Assembly (NCBI GenBank): GCA_000989185.1
Contig: LBNX01000003.1
Location: 33,704 to 97,703 of the forward strand
Direction of reading: 5' to 3'
DNA length: 64,000 nucleotides
DNA from: a candidate division TM6 bacterium GW2011_GWF2_28_16
Lineage (GTDB): Bacteria > Babelota > Babeliae > Babelales > UASB340
Part shown: positions 9,562 through 17,081 of the stretch, in pieces
Numbering within the stretch: position 1 is the first letter of the stretch
How the letters are laid out: every line of letters starts with the position of its first letter
The notes under the pieces: generated by a model
Seen by the model: the letters and a program-made list of their open reading frames with translations, nothing else
What the model was told of the DNA's origin: nothing
Database searches by the model: none
Translations under genes and position numbers: made by a program

Positions 9562-10212
9562 ATGTTAAAATTTTTAAAGTTAAAAAATACAGTGACTAAA
9601 GGTTTACTATTATTTTTGTTTATATTTTCTATAAATAATCTTGATGCAGGAGAGCGTAAGAAGATTAAGAGAGAGTTTTGTGGCCTGCCAATCCCCTTTA
9701 CCGAAATGCCATTGATCAATGAGATATTAAAACGCACACAAGATTTAGCTGATGATAACTCTAGCTTTCATAATTATAATGATGATATTTCTGCTGCAGT
9801 AGAAGGTATGAAGAGTGATGGCTTTATGGTGCAAGAATTTGCGATAGAATTATTTGAAGCATTGTTTAAAAAAGACAAAGGTTTTGATGAGGTGATTAAA
9901 ATAGCTGGAGAACTTATAATGACAGATCTTTGTTATCAAAGTTTTGCTGTTAAATTATTTAAATGTTTATTTAAAAAAGGCAAAGGATTTGGTGAGGCCA
10001 TTAAAGTTGCTGAAGAAGCCATAAAGTTTGATAATTGGCGTATTCAAAGAAATGCTATAAATTTATTTAGGGCATTGGTAAAAAAAAGACATGAGCCTGC
10101 ATATATACCAGCAATTAAAGCAATGGCATCATGTTTAAGAAGTAATGTTTCCGGATTAAACGTTGAACTAGAAAATTTACTTGAAGATTTGTCTTCACTA
10201 TCTTCACTATAA
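9562..10212 (+). CDS. Hypothetical secreted protein with three HEAT-like helical repeats
   Basis: The ATG at 9562 follows GAGGT. The internal repeats are EFAIELFEALFKKDKGFDEVIKIA, SFAVKLFKCLFKKGKGFGEAIKVA and RNAINLFRALVKKRHEP. Confidence 0.6.
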   Translation: MLKFLKLKNTVTKGLLLFLFIFSINNLDAGERKKIKREFCGLPIPFTEMPLINEILKRTQDLADDNSSFHNYNDDISAAVEGMKSDGFMVQEFAIELFEALFKKDKGFDEVIKIAGELIMTDLCYQSFAVKLFKCLFKKGKGFGEAIKVAEEAIKFDNWRIQRNAINLFRALVKKRHEPAYIPAIKAMASCLRSNVSGLNVELENLLEDLSSLSSL

Positions 10213-10265
10213 TTATAAAAAACGTGATTTTTATTATGTTTTACATATAAAATAGTTGCTTATGC

Positions 10266-10294
10266 TTGACAAATAGACATGATTTTAGTTGAAT
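10266..10294 (+). promoter_or_regulatory. Candidate sigma-70 promoter for tmRNA
   Basis: TTGACA (10266-10271), a 17-nt spacer, then TTGAAT (10289-10294), about 95 nt upstream of the mature tmRNA 5' end. Confidence 0.3.
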
Positions 10295-10300
10295 AAAAAT

Positions 10301-10367
10301 GATCCTCGATCCCTCGATACATCCCCCTTCGCTAAAGCTACGGAGGACACTCGGGACGAACGGGGCA
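10301..10367. repeat. GC-rich repeat, class C with embedded M core
   Basis: GATCCTCGATCCCTCGATACAT-cccCCTTCGCTAAAGCTACGGagg-ACACTCGGGACGAACGGGG. The arms match the mutL copy at 42921-42973. Confidence 0.8.
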
Positions 10368-10389
10368 CTTTAAAATCTTTGAAATTTAT

Positions 10390-10747
10390 GGGGGCGTCAC
10401 GGTTTCGACGTGATATTTGATGTTTTGAGAGCATGTCGAGTTTTGTATGGGAACTCGTAAAAAACATACAAAACAAATAAGTGCAGAACCTGTTTCCGCA
10501 TACGCTTAATAGTAGTTATTAAGTGACTTGTCAGTAAAGCATGTCTATCTGTGGAACTGACTCGTATTAAAAAGATAGAACTCGCTAAGTAGATTTTTTG
10601 GTTTTGTATTTAGCGAAAATCACTAAACTGGCTTTTATTTCAATCTATGCTCTTGAGGTGAAGTAAGAGTATATTCAAGAGATAAACATGTAGTGCTTGG
10701 AACTGATAGTGTTGCGGACATGGGTTCGACTCCCATCGCCTCCACCA
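10390..10747 (+). ncRNA. ssrA: tmRNA (SsrA)
   Basis: The 5' GGGGGCG pairs with CGCCTCC at the 3' end, including the G3:U wobble. GGTTTCGACG is present, as is the T-arm ATGGGTTCGACTCCCAT and an encoded ACCA. The candidate tag ORF is GCA GAA CCT GTT TCC GCA TAC GCT TAA TAG (10483-10512). Confidence 0.9.
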
Positions 10748-10788
10748 GTCTTCGCTCTAATGAGCTACGACTGGCGGGCCAGTACCGG
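10745..10788. repeat. CCA-anchored M-type hairpin at the tmRNA 3' end
   Basis: CCAGTC-ttcgctctaatgagctac-GACTGG, followed by cgggccagtaccgg. The first three bases are the tmRNA CCA. Confidence 0.75.
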
Positions 10789-10811
10789 AATTTTTTTTGA
10801 TATTAGTAGAA

Positions 10812-10858
10812 CCAGTGCGAAGACTGCCCGGCGAAGCCTTGGCGTAGTCGGGCCTGAG
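10812..10858. repeat. GC-rich repeat with M core
   Basis: ccagtgcgaagactgCCCGGC-gaagccttggcgta-GTCGGGcctgag. Confidence 0.7.
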
Positions 10859-10918
10859 TTTGACATTAAAATTTTGCTCGCGCTGTCTAGAAAAATATAG
10901 CTTTAAAATTACTAAAGT

Positions 10919-10990
10919 GAGCCTGCGCCTGTCCACCGTAGCTTTAGCGAAGGTTGGATGAGCGGGCGTATTTGAGGTAGCCCTGCGGCG
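10919..10990. repeat. GC-rich repeat, class A
   Basis: GAGCCTGCGCCTGTCCACCGTAGCTTTAGCGAAGGTTGGATGAGCGGGCGTATTTGAGGTAGCCCTGCGGCG. It is near-identical over the first ~45 nt to 45167-45282. Confidence 0.85.
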
Positions 10991-10991
10991 T

Positions 10992-11047
10992 AAATAATTT
11001 ATGGATGCACATCTATCTCCTTTTAAAATATAAAATTTCTAAAATAT
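10992..11047 (+). repeat. Decayed duplicate of the rarA promoter-proximal/5' coding region
   Basis: aaataatttatggatgcaca at 10992-11011 is identical to 12952-12971. Gapped similarity continues (atctcc/atctct, ttttaaaa, tataaaa, aaaatat). The copy reads ATG GAT GCA CAT ... TAA after 10 codons. Confidence 0.7.
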
Positions 11048-11165
11048 TTTATAAAAACTAATGTTTTTTGTTAAATAATGCATTTGCAGTCTGTAATATA
11101 TTTATGTAATATATATTACATGTGTTACAAATAGAAATGTATTTTTGATAAAAATGGAGGTTTTT

Positions 11166-12839
11166 ATGAATTTTTTAATAAAAACAGTGCAAATATTCAC
11201 ATTTTTGGCATTTTTTGGCCAAACTTTTGCCATGAATCAATTTTTAACTCGATCTGAGACTGTTAAAAATATTTTAGAAAGAAATAACGTTAAACACGAA
11301 ATATTACAAGAAGAACCCAAAGGTTCACCTTTGGGAGAATATTTATTTCTTGGAGTTAAAGAAGTTAATAAATTTGGAAAATTTAATATTGAAGGTGAAG
11401 TAATAGAAATAGAACATGACGATGAAAATGTTTTATTAAATATTGAAAGTAATTTTTTTGTCAAAATATCATCTGATGATCTTGAATTTCTTATAATAAA
11501 TAAAATTTTAGATGTTGAATGGAATGATTTAAGTAATATCGATAAAAATGAAAATAAAAAGTTTAACGTAAGTAATATTTTGTCTAAAGTTGGTAAAGGA
11601 TTAATCTATTATTGTTTGGCTTATAGTATTATTACATCAATACATAGCAAAACAAATGATAAAGTAAAAATGAATGAACAATCTTTTTCTTTTAGACCGA
11701 TTGAAATTAAAGATGATGAAAGAAGATTGAATTATACAATATTTAATAATAAGCATATGAGAGTATGTCATCAAGATACAGGTGAATGTGTTAATGTATT
11801 AGTCGACCATATTTTTGGTCAAACTGATTATTTTCCACAAACTTGTTGTGAAGTTAATAATGTTACTACATCTGTAGAATGTTCTACTTGTGAAAAATCA
11901 AAATTAAATAATTTGGATTTCGATTGGAATCAACGTCTTGACCAAACAGAACGACAACCATTAATGGATACAATAAAAAGTTTTATAAATAAAAATGAAG
12001 GTGATGATAATAAAATAAATTGTATGATTGCATTTCCTGATGATAGTAGTGAATCTGCAATTGAGACTTATAGAAATTGTTATGAATATACAGAACCATT
12101 GTTTTATGGTGGCGCTGGGATAAAATGCGATTCAATAATACATTCTAAAGATTTAGAAAAAAATTTAACATCTTATTATAAAAAATTTAATTTTAATCGG
12201 CCTATAATGATTGTTATTGGTAATATTCGTATAAATAATTTATTTGTGTGGGCTCCGGATTCAGATGAAAGATATAGAAGAGAATATGAAGGTTGTTACA
12301 AAAATATACCGAATGGTAAGATGCCAGTAAAAATACATATATCAACGAAAAACGAGGACGTTTGTTCGATTCCGCTACCTTTTATGTTGCATGAATTAGG
12401 CCATAATAAAGAAGAGGACGATAAATTGATGGAATATCTAGAACAACTACAAGATATTTCTTATAAAGAAAAATTCGAATTATTTAATAGAGAGATAAGA
12501 TCAGACTATTTAGGATTGATTACATCTGAGCCAGAGTCAAGAGTTGCTGCGCTTAAATCTTTTTTTTCATACTTATTTAATGATTTTTGTTTACGGAAAA
12601 ATTTGTATGATTTTGATAATTTAAATGAGGCATTTAAGTCTATATTTGGATATAATCCAAATAAGGGTGATGTTGAGAAGCTTTTAAATTGTGATAGGAT
12701 TACTTACATAGATTCAAATGAAGATGCTCGGGATCCTCATCCAGATATTTTTGATAGAATACAACGGAATTTAGAATATATATACAAAATTGGTGCGGCT
12801 GAAAGATATTTGTTAAATAATGCAAAATCTGAAAATTAA
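11166..12839 (+). CDS. Orphan secreted protein with Cys-rich region and a lone HELGH motif
   Basis: The ATG at 11166 follows GGAGGTTTTT. It has the signal-like MNFLIKTVQIFTFLAFFGQTFA and an HEXXH motif (MLHELGHN). I recognise no wider family. Confidence 0.6.
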   Translation: MNFLIKTVQIFTFLAFFGQTFAMNQFLTRSETVKNILERNNVKHEILQEEPKGSPLGEYLFLGVKEVNKFGKFNIEGEVIEIEHDDENVLLNIESNFFVKISSDDLEFLIINKILDVEWNDLSNIDKNENKKFNVSNILSKVGKGLIYYCLAYSIITSIHSKTNDKVKMNEQSFSFRPIEIKDDERRLNYTIFNNKHMRVCHQDTGECVNVLVDHIFGQTDYFPQTCCEVNNVTTSVECSTCEKSKLNNLDFDWNQRLDQTERQPLMDTIKSFINKNEGDDNKINCMIAFPDDSSESAIETYRNCYEYTEPLFYGGAGIKCDSIIHSKDLEKNLTSYYKKFNFNRPIMIVIGNIRINNLFVWAPDSDERYRREYEGCYKNIPNGKMPVKIHISTKNEDVCSIPLPFMLHELGHNKEEDDKLMEYLEQLQDISYKEKFELFNREIRSDYLGLITSEPESRVAALKSFFSYLFNDFCLRKNLYDFDNLNEAFKSIFGYNPNKGDVEKLLNCDRITYIDSNEDARDPHPDIFDRIQRNLEYIYKIGAAERYLLNNAKSEN

Positions 12840-12863
12840 GTTTAAAAAAATAAATTAATAAAT

Positions 12864-12899
12864 AAAGGCTTAATGAGATAACAAAAACATTAAGCCTTT
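12864..12899 (+). terminator. Hairpin terminator of the orphan cassette gene
   Basis: AAAGGCTTAATG-agataacaaaaa-CATTAAGCCTTT followed by a T-rich tail. Confidence 0.6.
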
Positions 12900-12960
12900 A
12901 TTTATTTTTGGCTATCTGTTATTTTTTAAAATATTAAAAAATTTTAAATTAAAATAATTT

Positions 12961-14280
12961 ATGGATGCACAACAATCTCTTTTTAAAAAAAATATAAAAC
13001 CTTTATCAGAAAATATGCGACCCAAAAATTTGGATGATATTTTTGGTCAAGAGCACTTGCTAGCGCAGGGCGCTATATTCAGAAAATTAGTCGAAAATGA
13101 TAGTTTGGGTAGCGTAATTTTTTGGGGGCCTCCTGGTACAGGCAAAACAACTATAGCAAATGTTATTGCTAATATCACAGAGCGCAAATTTATTACATTT
13201 CATGCAGCGTTTAATGGTGCAAAAGAAGTAAAAGATGTAATAGAATTAGCACAAAAAGAAATAAGTTTTGGTGCTAAAAGTTTAATATTGTTTGTAGATG
13301 AAATTCATAGATTTAATAAAGCACAGCAAGATTTATTTTTAAAACCTATAGAGCACGGTCAAATAATTTTAATAGGGGCTACAACAGAAAATCCTAGTTT
13401 TGCTGTAAATAATGCTTTATTAAGCAGATGCTCTGTTTATGCACTTAATCAATTAAAAGATATAGATCTAGAAAAAATAATTAATAAAATTCTTGAATAT
13501 TATAAAGCTTTAAATAAACAAGTCTTAATAGACGAACAAGCTAGAAAAATATTAATCGATTATTCTAATGGCGATGCTAGAAATATTATTAATATTATAG
13601 AATTAGCTGTTAGTGCATCTAAAGGATTAGTTAAAAATTGTGTAATTATAACTGTTGATATTATAAAAGAATTATTATCGACCAGAAAATTTGCTTATGA
13701 TAAAAATGGAGAACAGCATTATAATTTGCTATCAGCTTTGCATAAGTCTATTAGAGGCTCTGATGCTCAGGCTGGTATTTACTGGCTTGCAAGATTGCTT
13801 GAATCGGGTGCTGACCCATTAATTATTGTAAGAAGATTAATAGTAGCTGCAAGTGAAGATGTTGGTCTTGCAGATCCAGACGCACTACTTCAAGCTATTG
13901 CTGTAAAACATGCTATAGAACATTTGGGTTTGCCTGAGTGTAAAATAAATTTATCACAGTTAGTTATTTATTTGGCTACAGCACCAAAATCTAATAGTGC
14001 TTATATTGCTATAAATAATGCAATAAAAGATGTACATGAAAAAAATAATTTACCTGTGCCTTTAAATATTTGTAATGCAGAATCAAAGCTTATGACAAAT
14101 TTAGGATATGGTGCATATTATAAGTATGATCATGAATTTAAGTATCATTATGCAGGGCAAGAATTTTTGCCAGAAGATTTAAAAAATAGTATATATTATT
14201 CTCCAGGGGATTTGGGGTTTGAAAAAGAAATAAAAAGAAGAATAGAATTTTGGAAAAATTTAAAGGAATCTCATGGTTGA
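12961..14280 (+). CDS. rarA: Replication-associated recombination protein A (MgsA/RarA AAA+ ATPase)
   Basis: 439 aa. It has MRPKNLDDIFGQEHLL, Walker A GPPGTGKTT, Walker B LFVDEIHRFNK and the conserved C-terminal YW..R......DP block. Confidence 0.92.
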   Translation: MDAQQSLFKKNIKPLSENMRPKNLDDIFGQEHLLAQGAIFRKLVENDSLGSVIFWGPPGTGKTTIANVIANITERKFITFHAAFNGAKEVKDVIELAQKEISFGAKSLILFVDEIHRFNKAQQDLFLKPIEHGQIILIGATTENPSFAVNNALLSRCSVYALNQLKDIDLEKIINKILEYYKALNKQVLIDEQARKILIDYSNGDARNIINIIELAVSASKGLVKNCVIITVDIIKELLSTRKFAYDKNGEQHYNLLSALHKSIRGSDAQAGIYWLARLLESGADPLIIVRRLIVAASEDVGLADPDALLQAIAVKHAIEHLGLPECKINLSQLVIYLATAPKSNSAYIAINNAIKDVHEKNNLPVPLNICNAESKLMTNLGYGAYYKYDHEFKYHYAGQEFLPEDLKNSIYYSPGDLGFEKEIKRRIEFWKNLKESHG

Positions 14281-15190
14281 ACGTGTTGTTATAATTGGTT
14301 CTGGTCCAGCAGGACTTACTGCTGGTATTTATTTGGGTAGGGCAAAATTTGAGCCATTATTAATTGAGGGCATGCAACCTGGTGGTCAGCTTACTACAAC
14401 AACTAAAGTTGAAAATTGGCCAGGGATAAAAGAAGTTATGGGCTTTAAACTCATGATGGATATGAAAGATCATGCAAAGGCTTCTGGCTGTAAAATTATT
14501 TCTGATACAGTAGAAAGAGTAGATTTTTCTGGCATACCATATAAAATTTTTACAAAATTGGGAAAAGAATTTTTGGCTGAATCTGTAATAATTGCTACAG
14601 GAGCAAGTCACAAAAAATTAGGCATACAGGGAGAACAAGAATATTGGGCTAAAGGTGTTTCTGTTTGTGCAACATGTGATGCTCCATTTTTTCAGGATAA
14701 AAATGTGATTATAGTTGGCGGTGGTGATAGTGCTGTGACAGAAGCTGAGCATTTAACTCACTTTGCTAAAACAGTAACTATAGTTCATTTATTAGAAGAG
14801 CTAACTGCAAAAGATCCAATTAAATATAAAGTTCTTGAAAATAAAAAAGTAAATGTAATTTATAATTCAAGTGTTAAAAAAATAGATGGGGATGGTCTAC
14901 GTATGACCAAAGTTACTATAGAACATCAACAGACAGGTGATACTAAGGTTATCCCTGCAGAGGGTCTTTTTGTAGCCATTGGTATGAAGCCTAATACTGA
15001 TTTTTTAAAATCACAATTAGATTTAGATAATTATGGTTATGTTGTTCTTACTGGAAAAACTACAACTTCAAAAGAGGGCGTTTTTGCTGCAGGCGATGTT
15101 GCTGATTTTGTTTATAAACAAGCTATAACGGCTTCTGGTTTTGGGACTCAAGCTGCACTTGATTGTCAAAGATATTTATCAAAAAAATAA
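14273..15190 (+). CDS. trxB: Thioredoxin reductase (cytosolic type)
   Basis: 305 aa. It has the FAD motif IIGSGPAG, the redox CATCDAPFF and the NADPH motif IIVGGGDSA. There is an 8-nt overlap with rarA. Confidence 0.92.
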   Translation: MVERVVIIGSGPAGLTAGIYLGRAKFEPLLIEGMQPGGQLTTTTKVENWPGIKEVMGFKLMMDMKDHAKASGCKIISDTVERVDFSGIPYKIFTKLGKEFLAESVIIATGASHKKLGIQGEQEYWAKGVSVCATCDAPFFQDKNVIIVGGGDSAVTEAEHLTHFAKTVTIVHLLEELTAKDPIKYKVLENKKVNVIYNSSVKKIDGDGLRMTKVTIEHQQTGDTKVIPAEGLFVAIGMKPNTDFLKSQLDLDNYGYVVLTGKTTTSKEGVFAAGDVADFVYKQAITASGFGTQAALDCQRYLSKK

Positions 15191-15259
15191 TTTAAAAATT
15201 TTTTAAAAAAAGCTTGAATTAATATAAAGATATTGTATAGTATAATCCCCTTAATTTTT

Positions 15260-15290
15260 AGGCGCCTTTTCCTGAACATGGAAGGCGCCT
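15260..15290. terminator. Bidirectional hairpin between trxB and the ATAD3-like gene
   Basis: AGGCGCCTT-ttcctgaacatg-GAAGGCGCCT followed by a T-rich tail. Confidence 0.6.
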
Positions 15291-15297
15291 TTCTTAT

Positions 15298-16821
15298 TTA
15301 ATTAACAGCAATTAAAGTATTCTCTTTTATTTTTCTATCAATAGCAGTGTTAGCAAGTTCTTTTGTTAATATGCCATTTCCTCTGTTATATGCACTAATT
15401 TGCATTTCTAAAACAGCTTGAGATAAATCTCTACCCGAAAGACCAGCTGTTATTTGTGCTAAATTTTTTACAAAAGTTTGATCTATTTCTGGTGACATAT
15501 TTAACTTGCGTTCTACTTTTTGATTATTTATTTTTACGATTTTTGTATAGTCAGTAATATATTTTTTAAGATATAAATTTATTATTTGTTTACGTTCTTC
15601 TTGTCCAGGTAAATTAAAATTTATTTTGGTATCCATTCTGCTTAAAACTGCAGGATCTAATTGTGTTGCATGATTTGTAGCTAGTATTATCATTGTTTTA
15701 TTATTAACATCACCTGTGTTTGATAAAAATGCATTAACTAAATCTATTCTATTACTATCTAAGTCTTTTCTATTTCTTAAAAGTGCATCAGCTTCATCGA
15801 TAAAAATTATTAATCCCTTTGAGCTGCGTTTTGCCCAATCAAATAATTTGTGCATTTCTTGAATGGCTTTTTTGTGTTCAAATTGAGCAAAATCTGCTCC
15901 AGAAAGTATTGCATAATCCATGTTGCAGTATTTAGCTAATCGCTTTGCAAACATAGTTTTGCCTGTTCCTGGTACACCAAAGAATATAGTGTTTCTGTAA
16001 TTTAAGCCGTTAGCATGTGTTGCCTTTGTATCATATGCAAAATTACTTAAAGTTGTTTTTAACTCAGGGCTTAAAATTATTTCTTCTAGATTTTCTTCTT
16101 TTAATGGGTGTCCCATTATTTTATGTAACCAGAAATTTTTGAGTGTATTTTTAAAATTTATTTTATTAGATTCTCTTACTAAAACAGGTTGGCCCATTAA
16201 GCTTTCGATATAATTATAGCCTAATTTACTTGTGTAATAAGCAGCAGTTGAAAGACCTACGGCTAAACCTGTAGCAGCGCTTATATTTTTTAAATTTTCT
16301 ATTTTTAAAACTTCTTTTACAGAATCAACAGCTATTTTTATTTTATTTTGTCTTTCTTTGTCATTTTCTTCTGCCATTATTTTGTTTTTTTCGTCTAAAG
16401 CTTTTAAGTTTAAATTGTGATTTTCAGCTTCATGAAGCTTTTCTCTTTGATTTAATAATTCATTTTTGTAGCTGGTAACTTTTTCAATACAAAAATTAAG
16501 ACTTGCTTTTGCCATTACAAGATTATTGGTTTTAGTTTTTTCAAGATATTTAATTCTTTCTGTGGCCCAAGCAATATATTCAGTCCATATTTCTATTTTT
16601 TTTGTTAATTCAGATATATTTTTTTGAGCTTTTTGGCTTATAGTTTCAAATGTATTGTTAGCATAAAATAATTCTAGAATTGGTTCTTCTGGTGTTTTTC
16701 CTAAGCTATAAGGTTCATTATTGCCAAACATAGAATAATTGTTCTTTATAAAAAATACGTTTACAAATATAATTAAAATTATTGTTTTATTAATTTTTTT
16801 AAAATTTAAATTTATGAACAT
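15298..16821 (-). CDS. Membrane-anchored AAA ATPase resembling eukaryotic mitochondrial ATAD3
   Basis: 507 aa. The order is N-terminal TM, long coiled coil, a second hydrophobic segment, then the AAA module (GVPGTGKTMFAKRLA, IIFIDEAD). The blocks PVLVRES, YRNTIFFGVPGTGKT, MDYAILSGADFA, MHKLFDWA and LPGQEER match ATAD3 as I remember it. Confidence 0.7.
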   Translation of the reverse strand: MFINLNFKKINKTIILIIFVNVFFIKNNYSMFGNNEPYSLGKTPEEPILELFYANNTFETISQKAQKNISELTKKIEIWTEYIAWATERIKYLEKTKTNNLVMAKASLNFCIEKVTSYKNELLNQREKLHEAENHNLNLKALDEKNKIMAEENDKERQNKIKIAVDSVKEVLKIENLKNISAATGLAVGLSTAAYYTSKLGYNYIESLMGQPVLVRESNKINFKNTLKNFWLHKIMGHPLKEENLEEIILSPELKTTLSNFAYDTKATHANGLNYRNTIFFGVPGTGKTMFAKRLAKYCNMDYAILSGADFAQFEHKKAIQEMHKLFDWAKRSSKGLIIFIDEADALLRNRKDLDSNRIDLVNAFLSNTGDVNNKTMIILATNHATQLDPAVLSRMDTKINFNLPGQEERKQIINLYLKKYITDYTKIVKINNQKVERKLNMSPEIDQTFVKNLAQITAGLSGRDLSQAVLEMQISAYNRGNGILTKELANTAIDRKIKENTLIAVN

Positions 16822-16952
16822 AAAGTCCCCCTGTTAAATTCCCTAAAATGAGGCCTTAATATAGCATAAAATTTTTTAAAGAAAAAAGGCTTAAATTAAT
16901 TGCTGTTTGAATTTAATAACATTTATATTATGTGTATACAATATCTTTATAT

Positions 16953-17077
16953 CGCAGCAGGCGATAGCCTGCCGCTACCACAATATTGCCTACATAAACG
17001 TAGGCCTTTTGATTAATTCAATAAAGCCTGCCTTTAGGCATGGCGTAACTGAGGTAGAGGATGGCTATCGCCATCCG
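16953..17077. repeat. Cluster of GC-rich hairpins between two minus-strand genes
   Basis: The hairpins are GCAGGC-gata-GCCTGC, GCCTAC-ataaac-GTAGGC and GATGGC-tatc-GCCATC. The GAGGTAG motif is shared with class A repeats. Confidence 0.65.
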
Positions 17078-17081
17078 TTAT

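Noticed and set aside
10285-10900. Track ORFs 10285-10476 (-) and 10697-10900 (+)
   Set aside because: Both lie on the tmRNA gene and on GC-rich repeats. They are open only because GC-rich sequence lacks stop codons, and they have no SD or plausible protein features.
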